The notes under the pieces: generated by a model
What the model saw: the letters and a program-made list of their open reading frames with translations, nothing else
The model's database searches: none
Told to the model about the DNA's origin: nothing
Assembly (NCBI GenBank): GCA_963668205.2
Contig: CAXXRZ010000005.1
Location: 27,106 to 91,105 of the forward strand
Source: an uncultured Draconibacterium sp.
GTDB lineage: Bacteria > Bacteroidota > Bacteroidia > Bacteroidales > Prolixibacteraceae
DNA length: 64,000 bases
Direction of reading: 5' to 3'
Shown: positions 37,655-47,631 of the stretch, one piece after another
Numbering within the stretch: position 1 is the stretch's first letter
Layout of the letters: the number at the start of each line of letters is the position of its first letter
Translations under genes and position numbers: made by a program

Positions 37655-38708
37655 ACTTAAAAGACTTAAGCCTTTCTTTGTCTATCTTTAATACGAATTT
37701 TCTTTTCTGAAACGTGCCGTCAACTATATCCCGTGGCAACTCTTTGTAGGTGAAAGGGGCGGTTAAGGCCATTAATTTCAACACCTCTTTTAACGATTCG
37801 TCAACAAAAGTGGCCCGAAAAGCATAATCGACCAATCCCTTGTCATCTATCTTAAAATCTACGTTGTACCACCTTCCCAGGCGTTCGGCTACCTGCAACA
37901 TGTTTTCGTTCCTGAAGATCAATTTCCCTTCGGTCCACCCCACATACTGGTATGCCTCCACTTCGTTTGTTTTAAAAGTCCCGTTGCCTATATCTAAAAC
38001 TAATTTTTGGTTTGGTTCAAGCAAATCGAGTTTTTGCCCCTGCTGTGTGGCAACTTCAACCTTGCCCCGGTTAAGTATTACCTCTTCGCAATAATCGTCC
38101 TTATAAGCCATAACATTAAACCGTGTCCCCAATACTTTTACTTTCAAATTTTGTGTCTCTACCACAAAGGGGTTTGCTTTATCGTGAAAAACATCAAAAT
38201 AAGCTTCGCCCGACACTGTGACATTGCGCCCGTTTGTAAAATTTACAGGATACCTTAAGCTTGAGCCGCTGTTCAGGAACCCGGTAGTGCCATCGGGAAG
38301 TTCGAATTTTGTCCTTACCCCCGGTGGGCATTGTATTTCTGCAAAACCGATACTTTGTTTTTCAATATCCCCTGCACCCTTGTTGACCTGTAAATAAACA
38401 AAAGCCAGGAAAGAAAGCAACAAGGGGATTATTAATACAGCAGCCACTTTCTGAAAAGTGCCAATAAAACGGTAGCCCCTGCCAGTCTCTTCTTCTATCC
38501 TTATTTTATGGTGTATTTGGTGCAACAGTTGATCTGCATTGCCCCGAGGCATGTCTTGTGCCGAAAATTCGCCCCAGTGTTTTTCCAAATAACTTTTTAG
38601 GCTTGCCCTTCCCCCCAAATTGGAAAAAACAGATTTTACTTCGAGGTAATCTTTGTGGGAATAGGTCCCTTTAAAAAAACGATTTAATATCTCCGGATTA
38701 ATATCCAT
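37653..38708 (-). CDS. FecR-family anti-sigma factor
   Basis: The N-terminal anti-sigma segment is followed by a single TM helix (VAAVLIIPLLLSFLAFVYL), a periplasmic FecR domain (GEAYFDV...FVVETQNLKVKVLGTRFNV) and a C-terminal domain. Confidence 0.85.
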   Translation of the reverse strand: MDINPEILNRFFKGTYSHKDYLEVKSVFSNLGGRASLKSYLEKHWGEFSAQDMPRGNADQLLHQIHHKIRIEEETGRGYRFIGTFQKVAAVLIIPLLLSFLAFVYLQVNKGAGDIEKQSIGFAEIQCPPGVRTKFELPDGTTGFLNSGSSLRYPVNFTNGRNVTVSGEAYFDVFHDKANPFVVETQNLKVKVLGTRFNVMAYKDDYCEEVILNRGKVEVATQQGQKLDLLEPNQKLVLDIGNGTFKTNEVEAYQYVGWTEGKLIFRNENMLQVAERLGRWYNVDFKIDDKGLVDYAFRATFVDESLKEVLKLMALTAPFTYKELPRDIVDGTFQKRKFVLKIDKERLKSFK

Positions 38709-38914
38709 TTTAATTTTATCGGTTATTTATTATAGATATAGGGCTGTGAGGAAAAAATCCCCTAGTCAGGGACAAAAAAAATAAAATTTTAGATCCTTAG
38801 ATGTGGGAGGTGGTGCCAATCACAACAAATAACTAATAACCTGAATGGTGGCTAACCAACAGGTTTCTTGGCTATTTAGGAAAACAGGGGATACGGATCT
38901 TGAAAGAAGAATAT

Positions 38915-38922
38915 TAACTTTG
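38915..38922 (+). promoter_or_regulatory. Bacteroidota -7 box candidate (TAACTTTG)
   Basis: Matches TAnnTTTG, 31 nt upstream of the ATG at 38953. Confidence 0.45.
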
Positions 38923-38952
38923 CAAAAAACGGATTATTAAAAAACAAAAGCT

Positions 38953-39948
38953 ATGGCAAATTTAGCAACAACATATTTGGGTTTGAATTTACGTAACCCC
39001 TTGGTGGCCGCAAGTTCTGGATTGACAAACTCGGTTAAAAAAATCAAGGAAATGGAAGCTGCCGGGATTGGGGCAGTCGTGCTAAAATCGATTTTTGAAG
39101 AACAGATAAACAACGAGGTCGGGGACATCCTTTCAACAGGCACTGACAACACTGCCTATCCCGAAGCCGGGGACTATATAAAGGCCTACCTTCGCGACAA
39201 CACTATAAACAAACACCTTGATTTGCTTAACGAAGCCAAAAAGGCAGTAAGCATACCTGTGATCGCCAGCGTCAACTGTGTGTCGGCCGATGAATGGACA
39301 GGTTTTGCCAAAGACTTTCAGGAAGCGGGCGCAGATGCACTGGAATTGAATATTTTTTACGTACCTACCGGGTGGGGAGAAAGCCCTGAGGCAGTAGAGC
39401 AGTTGTACATTGACGTATTGAAAAAGGTAAAGGGGCAGGTCTCGATCCCTGTGGCGGTAAAAATCGGCATTTTCCACAGCAATATTGCCCGTACGGCACA
39501 TAAGCTTATGGCCCACGGGGCAAATGGGCTTGTCATGTTCAACCGTTTCTACGAACCCGACATCGACCTTGAAAAACTGGAGCTTACTTCTTCCGAAATA
39601 TTTAGTTCCCCGCACGACATCCGCCGTGTTTTGCGTTGGACAGGGCTGGTTTCGTCCATCGTCCCCCAGCTTGAGATCGCCGCTTCTACCGGCATACACG
39701 ATGGGAAAGCTGTTCTGAAACAATTGCTGGCAGGGGCACAGGTCGCGCAACTTTGTTCCACCCTTTATATCAACGGCAGCAGCTTTATCCCAAAAATCTT
39801 AAGGGAAATCACAAGTTTTATGGAAAAATGGAATTTTGAAAAAATTGATGATTTCAGGGGCAGGCTTTCTTACAAAAACATACAAGACCCGCATGTTTAC
39901 GAGCGTTCGCAGTTTATGAAATACTTCTCGGGCAAAAAAAGCAAATAG
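38953..39948 (+). CDS. Dihydroorotate dehydrogenase-like protein (PyrD family TIM barrel)
   Basis: It begins LGLNLRNPLVAASSGLT, then GAVVLKSIFEEQ, LELNIF and NRFYEPDIDLE. At 331 aa it may not be the canonical PyrD. Confidence 0.7.
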   Translation: MANLATTYLGLNLRNPLVAASSGLTNSVKKIKEMEAAGIGAVVLKSIFEEQINNEVGDILSTGTDNTAYPEAGDYIKAYLRDNTINKHLDLLNEAKKAVSIPVIASVNCVSADEWTGFAKDFQEAGADALELNIFYVPTGWGESPEAVEQLYIDVLKKVKGQVSIPVAVKIGIFHSNIARTAHKLMAHGANGLVMFNRFYEPDIDLEKLELTSSEIFSSPHDIRRVLRWTGLVSSIVPQLEIAASTGIHDGKAVLKQLLAGAQVAQLCSTLYINGSSFIPKILREITSFMEKWNFEKIDDFRGRLSYKNIQDPHVYERSQFMKYFSGKKSK

Positions 39949-40271
39949 GGCAATGCAAACATCATGTTTGGGGCAGCAAACAACGGCCGGGCTGAAAAAA
40001 AAGGGCATATCCATAACCAATTAAGCCTTGTTTCCGTACTGTATATTGTTATGAAAACAGATAAGGGAAACATTATTGATTTTGAAGGCAGGCCGGACTA
40101 TCGTTATAAATCTCCATTTCTTTCGATACAGGGGGATTACAACAAAAAAAAGGATAACCAGTTTGTAGTTCCGTGGCAGATGGCAAGGACCAAAGAAAAG
40201 GAATTTTTTATAAAGTGAGGATGGGCTTTGCAAAGTAAAAAGGGAGTTTTATCATTTTTTGTTTGGAAAAA

Positions 40272-40298
40272 GAACCCGGGATTGTCCGGGTCCTTTTT
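40272..40298. terminator. Bidirectional terminator candidate
   Basis: AAAAA-GAACCCGG-gattgt-CCGGGTCC-TTTTT, lying between convergent ORFs. Confidence 0.5.
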
Positions 40299-40318
40299 CT
40301 TTCAGGGCAAATATCCTT

Positions 40319-40828
40319 TTACTCTGAAATACGATCGAGTATTTCCTGCAAGAAATATTTCTTTTGTTCACTGGCTGTTTCCAGTACCGGTGCGATAAGC
40401 CTTTTGGTTTGCCCTATGGTTTCGCCACCAGGCAAAAATTCCATGTTGTCGATAACAGTGAAAGCCTCAAATGCTGTTTCCCAGTCATCGTTGATTACAA
40501 TATTGACAAATGTTGGCAGGTAGTCGTGGTAATGTAGCCCGTTTTGCCAACAGGCGGACAATATTGTTTTTTTTATTGGCGAATATTTTTCGTCTTCCAG
40601 CGCACCCGTCAAAATAGGGACAGATGTTTTGTCTTTTATGTTGCCAAGCAGATCGCTAATTTCTGTTATGACCTCAGGATCGTTGCCCGAAAGCAAAATG
40701 TCGAACAAAATCGGCAGGTACAATTTGTTGCCCTGTTCCCTGATTTTCCTTATGGCAGAAATAACCGTTGCATTGCTGGTCGAAAAAAGCTCAGCCTGTA
40801 TGTTTTTGTCTAATCTTTCCCTGTCCAT
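40319..40828 (-). CDS. Hypothetical protein, possibly with HEAT/armadillo-like repeats
   Basis: It is a 169-aa helical protein. The phrases LPILFDILLSGNDPEV and VPILTGALEDEK are suggestive of HEAT repeats only. Confidence 0.4.
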   Translation of the reverse strand: MDRERLDKNIQAELFSTSNATVISAIRKIREQGNKLYLPILFDILLSGNDPEVITEISDLLGNIKDKTSVPILTGALEDEKYSPIKKTILSACWQNGLHYHDYLPTFVNIVINDDWETAFEAFTVIDNMEFLPGGETIGQTKRLIAPVLETASEQKKYFLQEILDRISE

Positions 40829-40901
40829 TTTTATTGTAGATAATTAACCGCCAAAACTACAGAAAATAATTTATTCCTTTTGATATATAAACTCAAATAC
40901 G

Positions 40902-41453
40902 ATGGAAGGAGAAAAAGACAAAGGTCAGGTAATCATTCCTGACGAAACGGTAATGGCAAAAATATTTTTGATACGCGGACAAAAGGTAATGCTAGACCGT
41001 GACTTGGCAGAGCTCTATGAGGTCAAAGCAATAAGGTTGCGGGAGCAGGTAAAAAGGAACATTGAGAAGTTTCCTGCCCATTTTATGTTTCAACTGTCAG
41101 GAAAAGAGACAGAAAACATGGTGTCGCAAAATGCGATACCTTCCAAACAGCACTTGGGAGGTTCTTTCCCATATGTATTTTCAGAACATGGAGTTTTACA
41201 ATTAGCCAATGTTTTAAGGAGTGCAAAGGCTACACAGATGAGTGTCAGGATAATAGAAGTTTTTGTAAAAATGCGTGAAATGCTTACTGATACTTTAAGC
41301 TTAAAACTTGACATCGAAGAAATCAAAAAAAAACTTCGCAACCAGGACAAAAACATAGAATTGGTTTTTAACTATCTTGACGAGCTAATGGAAAAGCAAG
41401 AGGATCCACAACCTCGCAACCAGATAGGTTTTGTGCAGGGCAACAAGGGATAA
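40902..41453 (+). CDS. ORF6N (KilA-N-related) domain protein
   Basis: IRGQKVMLDRDLAELYEVKAIRLREQVKRNIEKFPAHFMFQL is the ORF6N signature, from memory. Confidence 0.8.
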   Translation: MEGEKDKGQVIIPDETVMAKIFLIRGQKVMLDRDLAELYEVKAIRLREQVKRNIEKFPAHFMFQLSGKETENMVSQNAIPSKQHLGGSFPYVFSEHGVLQLANVLRSAKATQMSVRIIEVFVKMREMLTDTLSLKLDIEEIKKKLRNQDKNIELVFNYLDELMEKQEDPQPRNQIGFVQGNKG

Positions 41454-41619
41454 TTTAGCGCAAAAAACCATGTTTTATTCCCTGCTGTTTTTATTCCCAC
41501 CACTGACCTGTTTTGGGTTTATTTTGAAATTATGTTCTTTATCATGGTGTAATTATTTTTTGTTAGTCGATATTTTTTTTAATATAGCAGGTAAATTTTT
41601 AAACCTAAAATTAAGTATC

Positions 41620-42057
41620 ATGGCTATTTCGAAAATGAAATTAAGTGCATCAATGGGGGCGGGTTTCAGTACAAAAATAAATTGTTCGCACCCATTTGTT
41701 ATCGACCAACCCAAAATGGCGGGCGGCAACGATGAGGGCCCCAACCCGCTGGAAATATTTTTGTCGAGTTTGCCCGCATGCATTTGTGCTATCGGCAGGA
41801 TTATCGCCAATCAGAAAAGGATAGCCCTCAGAGGTATCGATGTGGCATTGGAAGGGGACATCGACAAGGATTTCTTGCTCGGGAAAACCACCGAAGGAAG
41901 GGCTGGCTTTACTGAAATACGGATTTTTGTAGACATTGATGCCGATATGACAAAAGAAGAGAAAGGGGCATTTCTGGAAGAAATTGAGGCGCGTTGCCCG
42001 ATTGCCGACAATATGGCACAAAAATCGGTTATCAAGCCTGCTGTTGTTGAAAAATAG
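41620..42057 (+). CDS. OsmC-family peroxiredoxin-like protein
   Basis: It has GPNPLEIFLSSLPACIC (first Cys) and IEARCPIADN (second Cys). The start is set at ATG 41620. Confidence 0.8.
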   Translation: MAISKMKLSASMGAGFSTKINCSHPFVIDQPKMAGGNDEGPNPLEIFLSSLPACICAIGRIIANQKRIALRGIDVALEGDIDKDFLLGKTTEGRAGFTEIRIFVDIDADMTKEEKGAFLEEIEARCPIADNMAQKSVIKPAVVEK

Positions 42058-42218
42058 GGCGGGCGATCTGTTGTAAATAAGGTCTATCCAATTCTTTTGT
42101 TTAATCCTCTCCCAAAATTTGGATTAATCTTGAGGGGGTTGGATGTTCCTTTTGAATTCCCAAGCGTATTAACGAACCTCTGCAAAAAAACTCATCCAAT
42201 TTGCTTTTGCACAGTCCT

Positions 42219-45020
42219 TTAGCCGAGTTTTTCAGCCAGTGCCAGTCCCGTATACGATCCCTTAACGTTTACCAATTCTTCAGGAGTCCCTTCAAAAACA
42301 AGACTTCCCCCTTTGTCGCCACCCTCCGGCCCCAGGTCTATTATCCAGTCAGCCGATTTTATTACCTCTAAATTGTGTTCGATGATAATTATCGAATGCC
42401 CGCGCGAAATAAGTGCGTTGAACGAGCCGAGCAGTTTCCTTATATCGTGGAAATGCAGGCCTGTAGTCGGTTCGTCAAATATAAATAGCGTGGGCGAATC
42501 TTTTTCTTTGGCAAGGAACGATGCCAGTTTCACGCGCTGGCTTTCACCGCCCGACAGCGTGCTTGACGACTGCCCCAGCTTGACATAGCCCAGCCCGACA
42601 TCTTGAAGCGGTTGCAGCCGTTTTGCGATTTTCTTTTCTGTCGACGATTTCCCTGAAGAGAACAGTTCGATAGCCTGGTTGACTGTCAGTTTCAGTATGT
42701 CGTCAATGTTTTTGTCTTTGTATTTCACATCGAGTATTTCTTCTTTGAAACGTTTGCCCCCGCAACTTTCGCAAACAAGGTAAACATCTGCCAGGAACTG
42801 CATTTCGACTTTGATAGTCCCTTCCCCCTGGCATTCGTCGCACCTCCCGCCGTCAACATTAAACGAAAAATGGGAAGGCTTTAGCCCGTTGATTTTGGCT
42901 GCCTGCCGCGATGCAAATAATTTCCTTATTTCATCGTAAGCTTTCAGGTAGGTAACCGGGTTTGAACGCGATGATTTCCCTATCGGGTTCTGGTCGATGA
43001 ACTCAACAGCGTCAAGCATTTTGTAATCGCCCAAGATTGCATCGTGGTGCCCTGTTTTTTCGCCGTAACCGCCCATTATCTTGGTCAATGCCGGAAAAAG
43101 GATCTTGGAAACCAGCGATGATTTACCCGAACCGCTTACCCCCGTTATTACCGTTAAGGTGTTCAATGGGAATTTTACGCGCAGGTTTTTGAGGTTGTTT
43201 TCGCGCGCGCCTACAATTTCAATGGAATTTATCCATCTCCTGCGTTGCTTGGGCACCTCTATTTTTTCTTCGCCCGTTAAATATTTTGTTGTTAGGCTTT
43301 CAGGCTTTGATTTTAGTTCAGAATGATTTCCCTGAAAAACCACTTCCCCACCATGTTGCCCGGCAAAGGGACCAATATCGATAATCTCGTCTGCTGCACG
43401 GATTATTTCCTCATCGTGTTCGACAACAAATACCGTGTTGCCAATTTCTTTCAGTTTCCCAAGCACTTTTATCAAACGGCCGGTGTCGCGCGGGTGAAGG
43501 CCAATGCTGGGCTCGTCCAAAATATACAACGAACCTACCAGGCTGCTCCCCAACGATGTTGCCAGGTTGATGCGTTGCGACTCCCCGCCAGAGAGGGTTG
43601 ACGACAGGCGGTTCATTGACAGGTAGCCTAAGCCCACATCGCATAAGAAATCGAGCCGGTTGTTTATTTCTGTCAATATCCGTTTTGCAATTTCGGCTTC
43701 GTGTTTGCTTAATGATAGCTGCCAAAAAAAATCTTTTAATTCGGTAACAGGCATTAAAACCAGCTCTTGGAGCGATTTCCCGCCTACTTTTACATACCCT
43801 GCCTCTTTTCTCAGGCGGCTGCCTTTGCACTCGGGGCAGGTTGTTTTGCCCCTGTAGCGGGAAAGCATCACGCGGTACTGTATTTTGTAGCTCTTTTCTT
43901 CTAGGTGTTTGAAAAAGCGGTTTAGCCCTTTGAAATACCTGTTGCCCGTCCAAAGCAGGAACTTCTGCTGTTCGGTGAGCTCGTAAAATGGCTTGTGGAT
44001 CGGGAACCCGAACTTATCGGCACTGTAAATCAGTTGGTTTTTCCATTCCCCCATTTTTTCGCCTTTCCAGCAGGCAATGGCATCCTGGTAGACAGAAAGC
44101 GATTTGTTGGGGATTACCAAGTCTTCGTCAATCCCAATAACCTTCCCGTAGCCTTCGCAAGTGGGGCATGCTCCGGCTGGGTTGTTAAAACTGAACATGT
44201 GCACGGTAGGCTCCTCGAACTCAATCCCATCGGCTTCAAAAAGGTTGGAAAAATGTTGCGAGACCGTCCCCCCGTCTTGGAAAGCTTTCACTATACATTC
44301 CCCCCGGCCTTCATAAAAGGCGGTCTGAACAGAGTCGGCAGCCCTGCTCCGGGTGTCTTCATCATCTTTTGCCGCAATCCTGTCGATAACAATATTGCAA
44401 TCCCCGTCACAAAACGTTCCTGCCCCCGACTTTAAGATTTCATCAATTTTTTTTATTTCGCCATCTACTTCAATCCTTGAGAAGCCCTGCTGCATTAAAA
44501 GTCCGGCTTCTTCTTCGATGGCACGCCCATTTTTGGAGACCAAAGGGGCGGCAACAATTAACCGGGCGCCTTCGGGGAATGATGAAATATAGTCGACAAC
44601 ATCGCTTACTCCGTGCCGCGAGACTTCTTTGCCCGAAACAGGCGAAATGGTTTTCCCTACCCGGGCATAAAGCAATTTCAGGTAATCATATATCTCAGTT
44701 GAAGTGCCGACCGTTGACCGAGGGTTGCGCGTGTTTACTTTTTGCTCTATCGCAATGGCAGGCGGGATCCCTTTGATGGAATCTGCCTCGGGCTTGTTGA
44801 TCCTGCCGAGGAATTGCCGGGCGTATGACGAAAGGCTTTCTACGTACCGCCTTTGCCCTTCGGCAAAAAGGGTGTCGAATGCCAGCGAAGACTTGCCAGA
44901 GCCGGAAACCCCAGTGACGACAATAAATTTGTTAAGGGGTATTTCGAGGCTTATGTTTTTTAAATTATGTACCCTTGCGCGCCGTATCTCAATATATCGT
45001 TGTGTTTTGTTATATGACAT
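42219..45020 (-). CDS. uvrA: Excinuclease ABC subunit A
   Basis: It is 933 aa with two ABC modules ([14 protein letters not shown] and [13 protein letters not shown]; LSGGESQR twice) and zinc-finger Cys clusters. Confidence 0.97.
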   Translation of the reverse strand: MSYNKTQRYIEIRRARVHNLKNISLEIPLNKFIVVTGVSGSGKSSLAFDTLFAEGQRRYVESLSSYARQFLGRINKPEADSIKGIPPAIAIEQKVNTRNPRSTVGTSTEIYDYLKLLYARVGKTISPVSGKEVSRHGVSDVVDYISSFPEGARLIVAAPLVSKNGRAIEEEAGLLMQQGFSRIEVDGEIKKIDEILKSGAGTFCDGDCNIVIDRIAAKDDEDTRSRAADSVQTAFYEGRGECIVKAFQDGGTVSQHFSNLFEADGIEFEEPTVHMFSFNNPAGACPTCEGYGKVIGIDEDLVIPNKSLSVYQDAIACWKGEKMGEWKNQLIYSADKFGFPIHKPFYELTEQQKFLLWTGNRYFKGLNRFFKHLEEKSYKIQYRVMLSRYRGKTTCPECKGSRLRKEAGYVKVGGKSLQELVLMPVTELKDFFWQLSLSKHEAEIAKRILTEINNRLDFLCDVGLGYLSMNRLSSTLSGGESQRINLATSLGSSLVGSLYILDEPSIGLHPRDTGRLIKVLGKLKEIGNTVFVVEHDEEIIRAADEIIDIGPFAGQHGGEVVFQGNHSELKSKPESLTTKYLTGEEKIEVPKQRRRWINSIEIVGARENNLKNLRVKFPLNTLTVITGVSGSGKSSLVSKILFPALTKIMGGYGEKTGHHDAILGDYKMLDAVEFIDQNPIGKSSRSNPVTYLKAYDEIRKLFASRQAAKINGLKPSHFSFNVDGGRCDECQGEGTIKVEMQFLADVYLVCESCGGKRFKEEILDVKYKDKNIDDILKLTVNQAIELFSSGKSSTEKKIAKRLQPLQDVGLGYVKLGQSSSTLSGGESQRVKLASFLAKEKDSPTLFIFDEPTTGLHFHDIRKLLGSFNALISRGHSIIIIEHNLEVIKSADWIIDLGPEGGDKGGSLVFEGTPEELVNVKGSYTGLALAEKLG

Positions 45021-45179
45021 ATTTATGTTAAAAAACTAATAATCTATTAAAAAAACTTGTATTTTTCGTTTAAATGTAGCATTTTTGACTTAGACAAAAT
45101 TAAACAAATTGTTTCACTTCAATAAAAAGGATCGCCTATAGGAAAAATTTACTTTTTGTTTACAATTAAATAGAAGGTA

Positions 45180-45773
45180 ATGTTCATTACAAACACGCTG
45201 AACGACAATGAGCTCGTTCAACAATTTATTCAGGGCGATAAAAATTCACTCGAAATTTTAATACGCCGCCACAAAAACAGGGTGTTTTCATATATCTTGC
45301 TTATTGTGAAAAACCAGGAGCTGGCCGAGGATATTTTTCAGGAAACGTTTATAAAAGTTATCCGTTCGCTGAAAAAGGGGAAATATATCGAGAACGGGAA
45401 ATTCGTCTCATGGGTGTTGCGGATATCGCACAACCTGATTATTGACCACTTCAGGAAAGAAAAGCTGAAAGGCACCGTGTCCAACGACAGTTCTGAGGTA
45501 GACATTTTCAACTCGCAGAAATTTTCCGAAGCCACTATTGAAGATCAACTGGTTTATAACCAAATTTTGCTTGAAGTAAAAGAACTGATCAATGAATTGC
45601 CGGAAGATCAGCAACAGGTAATTTTTATGCGCCATTACATGGGCCTTAGTTTTAAAGAAATAGCCGAACAGACCGATGTCAGTATCAATACGGCCCTGGG
45701 CAGGATGAGGTACGCATTGATCAACATGCGCAAGCTCATAGAAAAGAAGAATTTAGCCCTCACGAAAGTTTAA
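45180..45773 (+). CDS. ECF-type RNA polymerase sigma-70 factor
   Basis: Region 2 reads AEDIFQETFIKVIRSL...FVSWVLRISHNLIIDHFR. Region 4 reads LPEDQQQVIFMRHYMGLSFKEIAEQTDVSINTALGRMRYA. Confidence 0.85.
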   Translation: MFITNTLNDNELVQQFIQGDKNSLEILIRRHKNRVFSYILLIVKNQELAEDIFQETFIKVIRSLKKGKYIENGKFVSWVLRISHNLIIDHFRKEKLKGTVSNDSSEVDIFNSQKFSEATIEDQLVYNQILLEVKELINELPEDQQQVIFMRHYMGLSFKEIAEQTDVSINTALGRMRYALINMRKLIEKKNLALTKV

Positions 45774-45833
45774 CTCTTGTTAACACAATATTAATACAAA
45801 AGGGGCGTTCTATTAAAAACATTTATATTAAAA

Positions 45834-46055
45834 ATGCCTATGGATAGAATGTCTACTTTGATTTATTTTGTCAATAATTATGAGTCTTGCAAAGGCTTCC
45901 CCGAAAATAAAGGGACGAGTGGTTTTTTATCAAAAAAACCAGATCCAGAAGCCGGACCGTCAGAGAAAACCATCGAAAGCATACTTGATTTTGCCCGTTC
46001 TTACGAGGTGTTTGAAACAGAAGTTGCTGGTTATGTAGAAATGACACTGAATTAG
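45834..46055 (+). CDS. Hypothetical small protein downstream of the sigma factor
   Basis: It has an ATG start, is co-oriented with the sigma gene, and is followed by a clean terminator. I recognise no family. Confidence 0.4.
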   Translation: MPMDRMSTLIYFVNNYESCKGFPENKGTSGFLSKKPDPEAGPSEKTIESILDFARSYEVFETEVAGYVEMTLN

Positions 46056-46060
46056 AAAAA

Positions 46061-46092
46061 AGAGGTCTCTTTATCCGGGACCTCTTTTTTTA
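46061..46092 (+). terminator. Intrinsic terminator
   Basis: AGAGGTC-(11 nt)-GACCTCT followed by T7, 6 nt after the stop codon. Confidence 0.7.
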
Positions 46093-46470
46093 TAAGGTAG
46101 CTTTTCAATTGTCACAAACAGATTAAATTTGTGGCGATTATGATTCCTCAACCCGAAATTTTGTATTTAACAACCTACTTCAACGATTTCCTATCGTTGC
46201 CTGGCCTTGGGCATTTCTTTTAAAGCCACTTTAAAAATCCCAAGCCCGTAAATTATGGACTGTTTCCTATTCCAAATCTAAACGCGTTGCGATAAAATAC
46301 CCCAGCATGGGGGCGTAAGGGGGGGATAGGAAGGAGCTGGGAGCTGGTCGTACTGATTAAAGAAGTATGTTGGCTAAACTACGTAAAAAAGAAATGTCGG
46401 CAAGGACAAAGATCTTAGAAAAAACTTAACAAATACTTTTAAATCGGACGACTTTGTTGTCATAGATTAC

Positions 46471-47517
46471 TTATCCCTTCCTTAAAATTACCATTGTGGC
46501 GCCATATCCATATTCCTTAAACGAAGCATCCTGGAAATAATATTTTGGGAACTTGCTTTTGAGCATTTTGGTTACCTCCTGTTTTAACACGCCCTGCCCG
46601 AGCCCGTGAATAAAAACAATGCATTTAACATGCCCATTGATTGCCGCCCTCATTTCCGTTTCTGCTTTCTCAAGCTGTACCTGTAGTATGTCGTGATTGC
46701 TCAAGCCCTCAGTGCCGTCTAACAATTCCCGTATATGCAGGTCTACCTCTACAATATCGGCAGCTTTATTTTTTTTCGGGGCCTTATCTACTGCTTTCCC
46801 CTCTTTTGCTTTGACTACTTTTTGCAAATCATCATCGGTCAGCTTATCCAGCCCGATCGTTAAAATATTTGGGGCTATCTGCAAAACCATTGCATTTTTT
46901 CTAAAAAACACGTTAGGCAGGAAACTCTTTTCTTTATAAAATTTAACCGGGCTAACCTTAAATTTTTTGGAAACCGCCTGGTGTAGCCCCTTCTCCCCGT
47001 CCTGGAAAAAGAGCAGTTGAAAAACAAAGTCGGGCAAATCTGTCAAATCGTCCCGAACTAGACTTTCCAAATCTGCTTTTGAGTTGGGCTGTACTGAGCC
47101 ATATTTTACCAGCTTATATTTTTCATCCTGATAATGCGAATATTGGTATAACAATGTAAAGTTGCTGTCGTTTACCAAAAGCAAACGGGTTTCCCCTGCC
47201 AACGGGTTTTTGGGGTCATCTGGCACAAAGCAGAAATAAAAATCGGGCGATTCTTTCCCTGCCAGTTTCATCCCTTCCTGCCTTTGGGGTTCCTGCATAT
47301 TTTTTGCCGGTTCCTCTGTACGCACGGGCACCTGCCCGGGGACGCCACCTTTTTCAACACGCTCGGCCCCGCTCAAGTTTACCAATTGTGAAACAGGGTA
47401 CGGAATCTCAAAGCCATCCGGTGTTTCAACATTTACCGTTGTTTTATTTACAAAACCTGTAACTGTCCCCCCGCCAACATCGTTCAAAAACCTTACTTTA
47501 TCGCCTATTTTTACCAT
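46471..47517 (-). CDS. Smr-domain protein (DUF2027 N-terminus plus C-terminal Smr nuclease domain)
   Basis: The C-terminal VDLHIRELL...VKCIVFIHGLGQGVLKQEV is Smr-like. Confidence 0.7.
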   Translation of the reverse strand: MVKIGDKVRFLNDVGGGTVTGFVNKTTVNVETPDGFEIPYPVSQLVNLSGAERVEKGGVPGQVPVRTEEPAKNMQEPQRQEGMKLAGKESPDFYFCFVPDDPKNPLAGETRLLLVNDSNFTLLYQYSHYQDEKYKLVKYGSVQPNSKADLESLVRDDLTDLPDFVFQLLFFQDGEKGLHQAVSKKFKVSPVKFYKEKSFLPNVFFRKNAMVLQIAPNILTIGLDKLTDDDLQKVVKAKEGKAVDKAPKKNKAADIVEVDLHIRELLDGTEGLSNHDILQVQLEKAETEMRAAINGHVKCIVFIHGLGQGVLKQEVTKMLKSKFPKYYFQDASFKEYGYGATMVILRKG

Positions 47518-47631
47518 TTTCCAAGAATTTCAGGCAAAAGTACAATTTTATTGGACAAGCAGATTGTATATTTTAACAGCAAAACTGTGGTTAACAAAAA
47601 AACACAGGCTAAAAAAGGGTATGTCGCCTGA

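Noticed and set aside
41431-41619. 63-aa N-terminal extension of the OsmC ORF, overlapping the end of the ORF6N gene
   Set aside because: The extension is hydrophobic junk that starts at a non-ATG codon. OsmC homologues start near MAISKMKL (ATG 41620).
46093-46470. tmRNA, RNase P RNA, 6S or SRP RNA in the ORF-free region
   Set aside because: There is no GGGGCUGA/CCACCA tmRNA end, no tag ORF ending in ALAA, no RNase P P4 motif (GGAAAGUCCGGGC-like) and no SRP GNAR tetraloop helix. I kept it only as a low-interest unknown.
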